Part shown: positions 42,023 through 54,734 of the stretch, piece after piece
Layout: every line of letters starts with the position of its first letter
How positions within the stretch are numbered: the first letter of the stretch is position 1
Assembly (NCBI GenBank): GCA_964016885.1
Contig: OZ024748.1
Location: 9,672,001 to 9,736,000, forward strand
Source: Eledone cirrhosa
Lineage: Eukaryota
DNA: 64,000 nt
Reading direction: 5' to 3'
Translations under genes and position numbers: made by a program
Notes under the pieces: generated by a model
Databases searched by the model: none
What the model saw: the letters and a program-made list of their open reading frames with translations, nothing else
Told to the model about the DNA's origin: nothing

Positions 42023-44189
42023 CGTGTACACACACATAGAGGAAGAATCGACCCCCAGTACTTGTTGGCTGGTACTTTTTTATGAATAAACATAACTTTA
42101 TTAAGGCAGAATCTAATGGGAAACATATAATTGACCGTCAACGTAATATTACAAATAGAGAGAAAAAAGAAAGACCTGGAAAGGATGAAAGTCAAAGTTG
42201 ACCTCGGTGGGATTTGAACTCAGAGAACAAATAACCACAAAACATTTTATTTAGTTCTAACGACTTTACCAATTTACCACATATGTGTATAAATATGTGT
42301 CTATGGAGCTCTAAATAAATATAACACAGTAAATTATATAGCTTAGTAGAGAGGTTTCTATATATTAATGTTGATAGTTATAAAACTAAGTTAAGATGGC
42401 TATCAGAGTTAAACTAAACCAGACAAAGCTAATTTTTCATCAGGCTTTAGTTTGGTTTACTACTCTCTCTCCCTCATATATATATATATATAAATATGTA
42501 GTACATCAGTACGCCTATCATGCTATGTATATATATATATACAAGGTGTCCCAAAAATGTATACACACTTCAACAGCATTCTAATATATATATATATATA
42601 TATATATAGTATTAATATATGAAGGAACAAAGAATCAGTGTTGCATCATATACATATTTAATTACATATTACATATGTTTCACTGTCGATCAGCTCGAAG
42701 AACGATCTATAAATGATCGAACCTGACTCTGGAATCAGAAGCTCCTCAGATGTTTTAACATGTAGACACTATATATATATAGTGTCAGTCTAGTCTGCAA
42801 CTCAAACATGACTCTTCTAAGTATGTCGGGACCCGTTGTTTGTTGTTAATGAAGGGATCCTTAATTTCTTCTTTTTTTTTATGTCTGTTTAATCAATGAG
42901 GGATGGGGGAGACAGAGAGAGGGGGTGAACAAGGGTTATTATATAATTTAGATAGAAAATTGTGGGTGGAGAACATTTGGTAGACGAAACAGGAGGGAAA
43001 GAAATTGAAAACTAGTGTAGAGGAATGAGGGAGGGGGAGAGAGTGATGGGATACATAGAGGGAGAGAGTGATGGGATATATAGAGGGAGGGCGAGGATAA
43101 AAGAAAGAAAGAGTTTAGTCTATTCACACTACTTGCGAGAGAGAGTGTAACTTCGTGTGTAAGAAAATAACATGTTACATACGTGTGTATTATCGTGTGT
43201 AATGTGCAGCATAGTGTGTTACATCGTGTGTAATATCGTGTACAATGTGTAAAAGAATATTTACTAGAATATAGTTTTTGGTGTTCATTAGATGTAATTT
43301 AGGTTGTAGTAGTTGTTGGTGTACATTAGTATACCAAGATATATACAGTATGGGTATATTAGTAAGTATTGTAGAATCATCATTTAACGTCTACTTTCCC
43401 TGCTAGCAAGAGTTGGACAGGTCTACATAGACCAAGTACTGAAGCAGGGCTTCTGACACCCCAGACAGGCCGACGGGTCTGCATCCTGCTTACGTATGGT
43501 TATTTTTGAATGCAGAGATGCCATGTCTTTTGACACAAACTAAAGGATCTTCCTAACACCAACCACTTTACAGAGTGTACTGGTTGCTTTTATTGTGGAG
43601 ATCACCGGCACTAGGGAGGGTGTCATGTCCTTGACACAACTAAAGAATCTTCCCAATCCTTTACTTGGCAAGCTTCCTATGGCTGGATGCCCTTCCTAAC
43701 ACCAGCCACTTTATAGAGTGTACTGGGTGTGTTTATCGTGTAGATCACCAACACTAGAAAGATTGTTGTGTCTTTGACACAACTAAAGGATCCTCTCAAC
43801 CCTTTTAGGCATGGTTTCTACAGTGAGGTGCCCTTCCTTCACCAATCACCCATACAGTGTACCGAATGCATTTTCATGGCAACATCACCAGAGAGGTTCT
43901 TGGTCATGGACCCAAGTGTAGGGCCCTCTCAGCTCTGGGGAGAGGGATATAGGTATTAAGTTATAGGTGTTTGAGGATGGGTAGGGATGTGATCAATAGG
44001 GTGGGGGTAAGGTGTAGTGTAGCTGGTTAGTGTATGGGGAGTCATGGTAGAAAGGGAGTGGTGAGGAGGTAGAGAGAGTAGCTACTAGGGTGAAATGGTG
44101 AAGATATGTAAGGTCATTAGAGGGGGGAGGGGGCGTAGTTAAATAGTGGTGAGGAGGAGGAATGAATCATAGATGGGTCAGGTCATGTA

Positions 44190-44640
44190 TGCTTGTGGCA
44201 GGGTCTTCATCACAGCATAGCTCCAGCCCTCAATTCTTTGCCATCTCAGTTGTAAGGCTTAGTTTCTTAAGGTCGCTCTTCACTTCCTCATCCCATGTCT
44301 TGCTGGGTCTGTCTTTTCCTTGGGCTCCAGCCACTGTATAGCTCTGTATTTCTTTATGCAGCTGCTATCCTCCATAGACACATCACAGTCTTCTCTCACG
44401 TTACACCCAATTCCTCTTATGCTATGTCGTTCATGCACACTAACATTACACATCTATTGGAGCATATTCGCACCATTTCTCTCCAGCCTTCGCAGGTCTT
44501 CTGCACTTAAGGCCCACGTTTCACTGCCATGTACCATTGCAGTTCACATGCAGGCATCATACAGTCTATACTTCACTCTGAGCGAGAAGCCCTTTATTGT
44601 CTGCAAGGGTATCAGCTCTCTAAACTTCTTCTAGCCTGTT
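44190..44640 (-). mobile_element. RTE-like LINE 3' fragment
   Basis: YDAC..AMVHGSETWALSAEDLRRLER motif and a KTW motif. Confidence 0.75.
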
Positions 44641-44984
44641 CTGACCCTGGCTATAACACTTTCAGTTCATCTTCCCCACTGCTAATATTCAGTATTGTAT
44701 ACAATGAGCTAGAGACAAGTTAAATGATATTTCTTTTATTTATCAAGTATTTTATTTAGTATCAGTGTCATTGCAACCCAGTTTTTCCAGCTACGTTAAC
44801 TGGAATAACATGAAATAAAAAGTGTTCTGTTGAAGGACACAATAAACTAGGAATCAAACTCTCAATCATCTTCTTATTTAAATTAAATTAATTTCCTCTG
44901 ATATAATTTTAATCTGTTGTTATTTTTTTATATATTTGTATTTACTGATTCATTTACTCCACATACTCCCTCCACAGCACTAAT

Positions 44985-45742
44985 ATCAAGAAGTCTTCTT
45001 GTGAACGTGACCTGGGCATTACGGTCAGCAGCGATTTGCGTTGGACGAAGCACGTCTCTAAAATTGTCAAGAGGGCTGAGGGTGTCTTAGCATCACTCAG
45101 CAAGACCTTTGTCAGCCGCTCTCCAGCTATCTATTTAAGGCTGTACATGGCTATGGTGCGGCCACACTTAGAATTTGCATCACCAGTCTGGAACCCCTAT
45201 CATTGACTGCCTGGAAACTGTTCAGAGACGTGCAACCAAGCGAATACCATCCATCAGGCATCTTACCATACTCTGAGCGCCTTGCTTCCCTGGGCATGGA
45301 TACATTGAAGCTCCGACGCCTGGCAACTGACTTGGTAAACACCCACAAAATTGTTAACCATCTTGCCAACAACAACCCTGAGTACCTTTTTGATTTCCAT
45401 GTGTCTAACACACGTGGGCATGCCCACAAAGTCAGAAAACAGCACAGTTCCTATGACTTTCATAAACATTTTTTCACGCTTAGAGTTGTTGAAGCATGGA
45501 ACAAACTACCTGCATCAGTTGTTAGCTGTCGAGACACTGCATCCTTTAAAACCTCCATGCTTCCCGAGATTCGCCAACACTACACCTAATGTTCCCCCTC
45601 CATACACATACACACATGTATATCATGACTCGTACACTATTCACTTCCCTGACATTTGTATATTATTCTATGTACTATACATGCACCTTTGACGAGTTGT
45701 AGTGCACCTGAGCACTTTACACAATAATTTCATTATTATTAT
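44985..45742 (+). mobile_element. CR1-like LINE 3' fragment with 3'UTR and (ATT)n tail
   Basis: ERDLGITVSSDL..AMVRPHLEFASPVWNP, YSERLASLGMDTLKLRR, TRGHAHK..FFTLRVVEAWNKLP; the same 3'UTR is inverted at about 35797-35925. Confidence 0.88.
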
Positions 45743-45945
45743 ATATTTCAATTTTTTCTGTTTCTTTCAGTTTGAAAGTTTTCAACCCAAAACTGAACCA
45801 AGTTACTAAATTCTGGTCTAAGAATGAAAGCAGTTAACAGATGAGGTAAATTACAAACACACCAAATTTTTTATTTCATTTACTTTAGTGGATGTTTTTA
45901 GAATGTTTATATTGTTGTGAAGAAAGTAAATAACTGTCACAAATC

Positions 45946-46139
45946 TTAACCCTTTAGCTTTTAAACCAGTCAGAATTCTCTCACCTCTTTCCGTTGTAAC
46001 CGGCCACTCATACTGATGTTAATGTTTTGTTCTCAAAATAAATAATATCAAAATCTCAGATTTGATATTATTTGAGATAAAATGTTTACAGTGAAAATAC
46101 AATAGTAAATAAAGAGTAATGTAAATGGTAAGAGGTTAA
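45946..46139. mobile_element. MITE family A copy
   Basis: ttaaccctttagc...ggtaagaggttaa. Confidence 0.8.
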
Positions 46140-46993
46140 AACTGATTCAAAATAACTGTTAAAGTGATAAGATCGAAGTTATGAAATAGTGGAATAAGTT
46201 TAACAAACATATTTTCCACTATTTGATAGTGGTTTTCAGATGTTACTCTATGAATTAGAAATAGCAACCAAATCCCTCTCAACCAAATTGGAAAGATCAA
46301 CTCATTTATCTATCTTCCCCCCCACAACATTTTTTCATAAATATTCCTAAGAATGACAAAAACTAATAAATGAGTGATCTTGGAATATAAAATACTTTCC
46401 TTTTAGTTTCCCCAAATAATGGTTTCTAACATTGGCACAAGGCCAGTAATATTGGAGTGAGGGAAAAGTCAACTGAACTCACAAGAATAAAAGGTAAAGT
46501 TGACCTCAGTGGTTGGATTTGAAACTAGAATGTAGTGGGACCATAATACTGCAATGTATTCCATCTTTGGCAATAATGGTTCTACTACTGCCCTTCTCCA
46601 TTGTCCTAAACAATATCAACAAGATGATGGCTCTAGCACTCTGGGTTGGAAATAAATCAAGACAATGTTGTTATAAAGAAATTAAGAAAATATTGTTTAT
46701 ATAGAGCTAATAAAATTTTAGTTCAATGTTTAACCACTACCAGGCTTTATGTAAAAATTAACAGTAAATGAAAGTATTTTTACAATATAGAAGAGCATGA
46801 TGAACATTGCCAAGAATCTGCAGCAGAGTTCAGGGGAAAGATGAACACGGCATCAATTTAACTTTATCAAACTCTTCTGCTTCTCATCTTACCAAGGTCA
46901 TTCTAGCATGACTGTTATGTTTAAGAAAAGACTGGTTTCTCATTGAGTCTTGAGAGGGAACAATTGTATTACAATATCTTTTTTGTTTTGTGT

Positions 46994-47092
46994 TTAGTCT
47001 CTATTTGGAATGTCGTCGTCTGGTAATACTAATTGGTCATTCTGATTCCCTTCTTTCTTCATCTTGTATTCCTGGGCCAATGTTTGAAAATG
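46994..47092 (-). CDS. IFT46: IFT46 exon 11 (terminal, TAA)
   Basis: HFQTLAQEYKMKKEGNQNDQLVLPDDDIPNRD*; completes the conserved NSQHF; total CDS 1074 nt. Confidence 0.92.
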   Translation of the reverse strand, partial: HFQTLAQEYKMKKEGNQNDQLVLPDDDIPNRD

Positions 47093-47433
47093 CTGTTTAA
47101 AAGAACAGAAAAAGTATTTTCAGATTTTTCTTGCAGAAAAAGATGCTAAATTAGGTGTCAGACATCCTGAAGACTGAAATGTGGTGCTGTGGCAGCCAAT
47201 ACATAGATAAGATAAACTGGGAGATAAACCACTGATTGATTGTCATACTTCAAAATGATACAAATCTGAAGATTGTATCAGAAATACAAACAGCAATGAT
47301 GGATTATGACATCTGGCATGAGTTAGTTTCACTAGTTTGATCAGAAGATCAGATGAGATGATCTGAAGTTACAAATGGGAAAATTATTGATCAGCTGAGA
47401 TGAGATGAAGTTATAGGTGGGAAAATTATTTAC

Positions 47434-47595
47434 CTGAGAATTCTGGAATTCATTGTACAAAGTAAAGAGAACATGAAGAGCTTGTATCATATCATTGTTG
47501 TGGCTTGTCTGATACACTGGTATGTCTAATATAGAACAGATAACTTTGATGTAGTCAGCCAAGCTGATATCCATATTGGCACTTGGTAACGACAC
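47434..47595 (-). CDS. IFT46: IFT46 exon 10
   Basis: VSLPSANMDISLADYIKVICSILDIPVY..IQALHVLFTLYNEFQNSQ; ctag| and CAG|GTAAAT. Confidence 0.96.
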
Positions 47596-48340
47596 CTAGA
47601 ACAGTTAAAACAGAAATAAGTAGGAATTGTTTTAGATGAAATTTAAATATTTAAACATATTTACAACAAATGTTTTCAGGACATTACTAAGGCAGGAGCT
47701 AGCCTCGAGGTCTCTATGACAAGCTTCATACTCATCATGGGGTCCTTTTTGAGACAATGGTCAGATGCCCTTCCTGACATCAACCTTTTTAGTCGCTTCT
47801 TACACCATGCAGGGATATTTTGTCAGAATTTAAATAGTTAAATATATATTTTTTAATATATAAACATTATAACAAACACCCTTATACACTACAGGAGATA
47901 TCATATGTATGTAGAATTAATGAATGAGCAAAAAAGATTAATTTTATAAAGCTTTTCAAACCATTTCAAAAATACCATGACCATCACTGTGAAAATGTAA
48001 TGATCACCTGAGAAAATATCAGGATCAATACACTGGTGTTCATGAGGATTGAGGCTTTGAGCCAAGAAATGAAGAGGAAACAAGGTTTCTGAAATATGAT
48101 ATTACTATTTGTGACATGAATTTCCAACCAATGATTCAGTTCCTATCCAAAGATGGCAAAGATATTAAAAGGTTAGGATTAAAAGATGTTTGTCCTGGCT
48201 CTTTGTGTTCAGAGTTCAAATCCAGCTGAGGTTAACTTTCATCTATTTGGGGTTTGATAAATTGAATAACAGTCCATGGCAGTGGTTGCTTGGTAGAATT
48301 GTCATTTAGAATTGACAAGAATTACCAAAAGATAACTTAC

Positions 48341-48407
48341 TTCTTTGAGTAAATCTTCAAACGCAGGTGGCCATTCCTGCATCAGACTATCAATTGGAGG
48401 CATATTT
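48341..48407 (-). CDS. IFT46: IFT46 exon 9
   Basis: NMPPIDSLMQEWPPAFEDLLKE; signature MP.ID.LMQEWP. Confidence 0.96.
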
Positions 48408-48584
48408 CTGGAATATAGAAAAAAATACTAGAAATAAATGAGAAATGCTGTTGGTAACCTTTAGTAGATTCTGCTGCACCGTCTACTTGAGATGATGAAA
48501 TAGGTATGAGACACTTTCTACAGTTGATACAAATAACTAGAACTTCACAACAGTAGAAATAATAATCTACAGAATTACTATTGT

Positions 48585-48757
48585 TGTTGTAACAACTCAC
48601 ACAAATCTAGGTTTAGTTAGCCTCCTATGAGGTTTCATCTTTCAGTTGTTACAACTCACACACATCTAGGTTTAGTTAGCCCCTTATAAGGTTTCATCTT
48701 TCAGTTGTTACAACTCACACACATCTAGGTTTAGTTAGCCCCTTATAAGGTTTCATC
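48585..48757. repeat. ~59-bp tandem repeat x3 in IFT46 intron 8
   Basis: gttgttacaactcacacacatctaggtttagttagccccttataaggtttcatctttca. Confidence 0.92.
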
Positions 48758-48810
48758 AAGTCCTCTCAACCTTTTGTTTTGCAAGTTAATGTAAATCCAG
48801 TGTAACTTAC

Positions 48811-48923
48811 TTGGTGTAGTGTACATTTGGTGGAGGCTTGGATCGATGTAATTTATCAATATTCTGGATCCAGTTGTCAATCTGTTTAGGATTTTTCTCA
48901 GCATGTTCAAGACTTTTGACAAC
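48811..48923 (-). CDS. IFT46: IFT46 exon 8
   Basis: VVKSLEHAEKNPKQIDNWIQNIDKLHRSKPPPNVHYT(K); tacag| and AA|GTAAGT. Confidence 0.96.
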
Positions 48924-49741
48924 CTGTAACAAAGAAAAAAACAACTTTGTTAACTTTTTAAAAATTAAAGGTAAAAAGCCCCATGGTGGTACTTCGTGAA
49001 AATTTATCAAAGTATTTATACTATCATCATTATACTAATATTGAAACATATACTAGGGGTTGATGAATAAAGTATCAGCCCAGGGACAGTGGGCTGGCAG
49101 AATTGTTAAAGGGTTAAACACGATGCGATGTGGTATCTGATTCAGCTGTATATGTTCTGAGTTCAAATCCTGTCTCCTTTTGCCAGGAGTTGTGACAGCC
49201 AGCTCCTTTCATTTTTAAAACTAGAATTAAGTTTAAAGAAATGAGGTAAGACCTTATAAGAGGAATGAACAGGTGTAAGATATGAGGAATTAGGTCTTAG
49301 ATTAAGGAAAACCAACTCATCAATACTTGCAGTACAATAACTAACTGAGAAGTGTAAAGATGATGTGTTATTAATACATTCAAACTAGTTTAGTATGAAC
49401 TCGGAGCAATGAGTAGATCTCTGAGACCAGTGAACTCTTCACATATCCTGCAACTAAGCTAAATATATATTTAATTAGCCATTTACCCAGTAAGTCACTA
49501 TAGGTTCTTATGTCAAATGATTTTCATTTACTTTCAGAATACGAGAACAGAAAAAGGCTTCAATGCCTCATAATTTATTTTTTTTAAAGTGTGAAAATAT
49601 TGCAATGTTAGAGGCTCCATAAAAATGATGATAATGAAGATAAAACATGAATAATTAAAGTATAGTTTAAGGAGTAGAATCGGAAGTAAATTATAATTTT
49701 AATACAATTCTAATAAAAGAATCATTGTCTAGAATACTTAA

Positions 49742-49876
49742 CATCTGCTTTGCAGTTGTCTGTTTTGAAATGGTCCTCAATTGTAGGTCTAACACAGTTG
49801 GGTCAGACTGAGCAGCACAAGGTTCATCTAAGACTGTCAGGCCAACCATGTCAGGTTTCACATCTGGTCTTGGTAT
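49742..49876 (-). CDS. IFT46: IFT46 exon 7 (3' boundary non-canonical)
   Basis: IPRPDVKPDMVGLTVLDEPCAAQSDPTVLDLQLRTISKQTTAKQM; the frame-preserving donor reads ATG|TTAAGT. Confidence 0.9.
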
Positions 49877-50068
49877 CTGTAAAATAAAACAATGCATTGA
49901 GATAACTTTAAAGTTGAATTAGGGAAACTTAACAAAAGAAAATCATGATATTTATAGAAAAAGCATGAAAAGTTAAGGTTTGAATGAAGAATTAATATAA
50001 ATTGTAGAAATAAATTATCTCACAAAGTGACTCCACATTAAACAATAATTCTCAATAGTTTCACTTAC

Positions 50069-50162
50069 CTTAAGGAATGCATCTGTGTCTCCCACTGATG
50101 GAATGAAGTCTGGAATAAAAGGCTTCAGCTTGTGTTCTAATTCAATAACTTGATATGAATAT
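50069..50162 (-). CDS. IFT46: IFT46 exon 6
   Basis: YSYQVIELEHKLKPFIPDFIPSVGDTDAFLK; signature LKPFIPDFIP.VGD.DAFLK. Confidence 0.96.
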
Positions 50163-50654
50163 CTAGAAAGAGAAACATAAAGCTGTGAGAGTATAGTAGT
50201 TAGATTATAAGGATTGGGTGGAAGACGTTTAGGGAGCTACTCCCACTGTTGACAACAAAAAGATTCTCCTGGCATACACAATTATGCCAGAAATGGAAGA
50301 ACCAAGTTAAAATATATCTACTCAAGAATATTTCTGTTATTTCTGAGACTAATGTCTCACTTGTTCTGAACTCAGCAAACTAAAGATAATTATAATTCTT
50401 TCTTCAATCAAAATAGTTTAACAGGGTTTTTTTAAATCTAGAAAATATTGATTTTTTTTTTGTAATTAGTAGAAGATCACTAATTTTGGTGAAGAGTTTA
50501 GTAAATTAAAATGACTAATATTTGACGGCTACTTTATTTTATCAACTCAAGAAGAATGAACGTCAAAGTCGGCCTCAGAGGCATTTGGACTTAGATTATA
50601 AAAGATTGTAACTAAATACAACATTAATAATTCTGCCAATCAACCAGCACTATG

Positions 50655-50972
50655 TTAACCCTTTAGCTTTACATTACTCTAAAGCTCACGGAGGAGATGA
50701 CGAAGGACCGTGACAAGTGGAGAGATAATGTGTTGAATAGGACTCGTTCCACCCTTGCAAGCAGGTAAAAGCGGACATAAAATGATGATGATGATGATTT
50801 TCTTGGTAAAGGCTTTACCAAACATAATTTTGAATTTATGAGATTTTTGATATTATTTATTTTGAGAACAATACTTTAACATCAGTATGAGTGGCTGGTT
50901 ACAGCCAGTTTGAACAGAAAGAAGTGAGAGAATTCTGACTGGATACAGTCAATTTAAATGCTAAAGGGTTAA
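50655..50972. mobile_element. MITE family A copy interrupted by an RTE/SINE 3' end with (GAT)n tail (about 50683-50797)
   Basis: Both TIRs present; the insert ends gcggacataaaatgatgatgatg. Confidence 0.78.
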
Positions 50973-51052
50973 CATGATTTCTTTCTACAATCTGGTTAGA
51001 AAACAAACAAAAAAAAACAGCAAAAAATTAATGAATAAACACTGATTCTTAC

Positions 51053-51127
51053 CTTGAAATATACTCAAATAAATCCTTGATATCTGAGCTCACCTGTAGA
51101 TTATCATAGTCAGCAGGATCATATGCA
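51053..51127 (-). CDS. IFT46: IFT46 exon 5
   Basis: AYDPADYDNLQVSSDIKDLFEYIS(R); canonical splice sites. Confidence 0.95.
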
Positions 51128-51613
51128 CTGTAGAAGAAAAAATTACATTGGAACTTATCATTGGAATTTAGTCCCCAATCTCTCTTATTTTGTTTTACTT
51201 TGGTAACTCTGGAGGAACAGTGAGTGCCTGTGACCTTTCAGGCCTTTTCAGACCCTCTGGGAGGAAAAAACAATGTCATTGATGTTCTCTATAAATTGTT
51301 AAAGAACCATTAATTTGGTTAGGACATGAACGGGGAAGGAGTTTTTATACAATAAGTTATGCCTTAACCTTTTTTTGACACCAAACCACCTGAAACTGCT
51401 CCTCGTATTATGATATTAAGTAGTTTATATTTATCTAAAAACCTTTCATCGTAACGTTTTATTAAGTTATATTTCAAACACTAGCTTTATGAAAGAGATA
51501 TTACAAAATCCCTCCAAATTCTCAATTCATCACCATCATTTTATGATGGTAAAGGTCAGATGGGTTGCAATGGCCTTAAGGGAAATATAATGTAGCAACT
51601 CTAGAGGACTTAC

Positions 51614-51720
51614 CCTTCAACTTGAACATCATCATCATCGTCATCATCACTCAGATCAGAACCATCATCATCATCATCAGATAAGTTACTATTTCTTCCT
51701 AAAGACTTACCAAGAAGTTT
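51614..51720 (-). CDS. IFT46: IFT46 exon 4 (acidic poly-Asp tract)
   Basis: KLLGKSLGRNSNLSDDDDDGSDLSDDDDDDDVQVE(G); atag| and GG|GTAAGT; joins to give the conserved EGAYDPADY. Confidence 0.88.
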
Positions 51721-52120
51721 CTATTAAAGAAAGAAACAAGGAAGGAAAATAAAATAAATAAATAAATAAGCCACCCAACATCATTCTAACCACATGTCCA
51801 TAGTATCAGAGCTGTGCAGCTCTACCTGGAGTGACTCTGATCTCCGAGCTATGGACTCTATCAAGTAACATTATTCCAAAGACCCTTTGGAGGTTAGAAT
51901 GTCTCAGGAAAGAATCGCTGGATATATTTTACAGGCAAAACCAACCAGCAGGAGACCCCGAACAAGATGGTTTCGCTTGGGGGATCCAGCCGGATCAGTT
52001 GGAGACATATACTCCTGGCAGGATCTGCTAGGAGTGTTTGAGGACTCTGCTCCAACATCAATTGTCATTCTATCATAAACATCAGCAACATTGAAACAGA
52101 AGTTATCAGCAAATACTTAC

Positions 52121-52194
52121 CTTAGCATCATCATTTGAGGTGGTCAGCAGGTGAGGACTGCCAGATTGGTCAATGTTAGGTGTTGGTAACCGAC
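52121..52194 (-). CDS. IFT46: IFT46 exon 3
   Basis: (G)RLPTPNIDQSGSPHLLTTSNDDAK; ccag| and AAG|GTAAGT; phase 1 to 0 bridges exons 2 and 4. Confidence 0.8.
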
Positions 52195-52303
52195 CTGGAG
52201 GTGATGAAACACAAAACATTTATAGACAATAAAACTCACAAGAAATATTGTGCAACATTATCACCATCAACATGTGTATATATATGATGATATATAGGTA
52301 TGA

Positions 52304-52334
<31 letters not shown>

Positions 52335-52542
52335 ATTTTTATATGCACTTTTCTATGCTGGTATGGGCTGGCCATGATGTTTTGCAACTGTTTTACAGCT
52401 TCCTGATATGCATGTGTATGTCTTCTAAATACCAGTAGACACACAGAATATTTATAGATATGTAATTCAACAAGCCAGTTACATTGAGACTCTGTTATAA
52501 TAGACAGAACATGGCTTTAGGAAGGACAATTAGCTGACTTAC

Positions 52543-52648
52543 CAAGAGGGTTATGTGACCTTGGTGTCGGAGTATATGTACTGGGAATATCATCAGCATC
52601 AGGAACCTCCAGGGATTCATCATACGGCTGGTTCTGATGAAGTTGGGA
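52543..52648 (-). CDS. IFT46: IFT46 exon 2
   Basis: SQLHQNQPYDESLEVPDADDIPS..; NQPYDESLEV is typical of the IFT46 N-terminus; ttcag| and G|GTAAGT. Confidence 0.88.
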
Positions 52649-53766
52649 CTGAAAAACATTAAAGACACTCATGAATGGATCTTCACTTCACATTTACTCT
52701 CACTTGATTTCATTGTTTGGTGTTCATGACTTGTGCAAACCCTCTAAAACTAGTGAGATTGACGCAGCTAACAATTGTCACTGAATAAACTTGTAGAAAC
52801 TTCTAAATGCTTCTAGACGTTTGAAATATATCTTATTAATATTGACTGATTAAAAATTTTAAGAAATAACATCCTATTTTCACAACTGTATATCTAAAGT
52901 TGTTGAAACATTTTCGTCGCCACATTTCTCTTAAAAGACGCTGTTTTATTGTCATTTAATTCTGAAAATAATCAAGATTTTGAAGAGACTTAGTAACATA
53001 ACTTAAAAAAAGGTCTTACATGAAATTGTCAGATTTTTAGATTATTATTAGAAAGCACTGCCATCCCTCCTATCGGTCACTAATGATCATAGTTTTGCAC
53101 CTAGAAAGTCCACCACCCCCGAGGCACATGCCCGGGCAAGGTTTGTTTGTGGAAAACCAGCAGTCATCCATTCTCCACATCAGTTTGTGTGTGTGTGTTT
53201 TAATGGTTTAACAATGACTCTTCAACGAAGTAATATTATCTTCATTTATTTAAAATTCCTGCTGTTATATTTAAATTTGTTATTGTTAGAACATTATTTT
53301 TATTATTGATATCATTTAAAATATTCTCCATAATAAACTAGAACCGAGTAACAAAACAAAAACAAAAAAAAACTTTCTTCCCCGACCATCAAACAAAACT
53401 ATATCCCAAAGAAATGATTGAACTCTTAACAACTTATATTACATAACACCAATAACCTGCACATATATATATATATATACATACATACCATCCTTATCGA
53501 GCCCTCTTCCGATTTGGTCTTCGTAATTAGTATTACTATATATATACACACACACGGGGAAAGAAATGTGCGATATTTCTGAAGATAGCAACAAGTTTGT
53601 TGACATTAGATACACATATTTCGGAATAAACTTCAAGAAAAATTTCTGATAGTTTTAAATATTATTTTCTAATTGAAACGAGAAAGGAAAGATATTACAA
53701 GACATTATTACTGGGCGGTAAATAAAACCTGTAAATGTTCATAAATAACATTAATAAGTAATTTAC

Positions 53767-53808
53767 CTTAGAAGTATTTGAAGTATCAATCTTTGGAGTG
53801 TGCGCCAT
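53767..53808 (-). CDS. IFT46: IFT46 coding exon 1
   Basis: AAG ATG GCG context, MAHTPKIDTSNTSK, donor AAG|GTAAAT, phase 0 fits exon 2; assigned by position, not homology. Confidence 0.75.
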
Positions 53809-53819
53809 CTTGATAAACT

Positions 53820-53836
53820 GTGACAAGGGAGACAAC
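53820..53836. promoter_or_regulatory. Candidate degenerate RFX X-box just upstream of the IFT46 ATG
   Basis: GTGACAAGGGAGACAAC (minus GTTGTCTCCCTTGTCAC) partly fits GTYNCC-AT-RGNAAC; ciliary IFT genes are established RFX targets. Confidence 0.35.
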
Positions 53837-54097
53837 TCTAATTAAGTCCTTTCTCTCTCCCTCTTATGTCTTACTATTATAATAACGTACCAACGTTATG
53901 TGCTTCTGCTTCATATTTCTAGATTAGCGAAGGGAAATATGAGTTAAGATGTTCCTGCCTTTCCCAAGTAAACAAAGTTTCGAAATGAGGACCAATATTT
54001 TTTCTTTCATTCTTACTATTTATTGTTGTAAATTCATAGTTAAGCTATACGCAAGATAACAGCAAACTGATTTGTGGAACTTTATTGTATGTGGTAA

Positions 54098-54510
54098 TTA
54101 AGTTAGATGAACGGAGCTGTGAATGTGAAGATGGGATGGTTTTAATCTATCGATGGACACAGTATCCTGTGGTCCTCCAATCAGGAGTTGAAATGACTTG
54201 TCTCGTGAATGAATCACTTCATATGGTCCATCGTAAAGTGACATTATGTCGTGATCAATGGAAACAAACTTCGCCTTGTGGAGGTCATTTAGTACAGAAG
54301 ATCTGAGTGTACGGTGCGTTAACATGGGAGCACGGCATAAATGGCCCACGTTGTCTCTCTCAGCTGTTCGAGATTCTTTTTGGTATCCAGCTCTGTCTTC
54401 GTGTTTGTAATTCCCCCAGCACAGTAAACGGAAGGCCACAGACCATTTCTGTGGAAGAAATGTTGAGATCTTCTTTTGGGGGTAGTGTAGATTCCCATCA
54501 TTACCCATGG
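54098..54510 (-). mobile_element. Gypsy-like integrase C-terminal relic
   Basis: YDGPYEVI..DKSFQL....DTVSIDRLKP (GPY/F module). Confidence 0.78.
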
Positions 54511-54734
54511 AAGCTGGTTGATCTAGTTAAGTCTGGTTATGAGGGATTCCTTCAAGTGGCAGCAGAATCTCTCCCCTAAGTCTTGAAGGTGATAGGCAGT
54601 TGTATGTTTCATATTGAGGCCAAAAAGTTCATATACGTTATTCTACAGCTTTGAGGTTGGATGAGATATTGTCTGAAACACCAAAACGGATGATTTAGTT
54701 TAATTTGACCAAGATTGAACTCACAACCATGTCT

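Noticed and set aside
51627-51680. (CAT)n run as a SINE/RTE tail
   Set aside because: Lies within phase-consistent IFT46 exon 4 and encodes the acidic tract.
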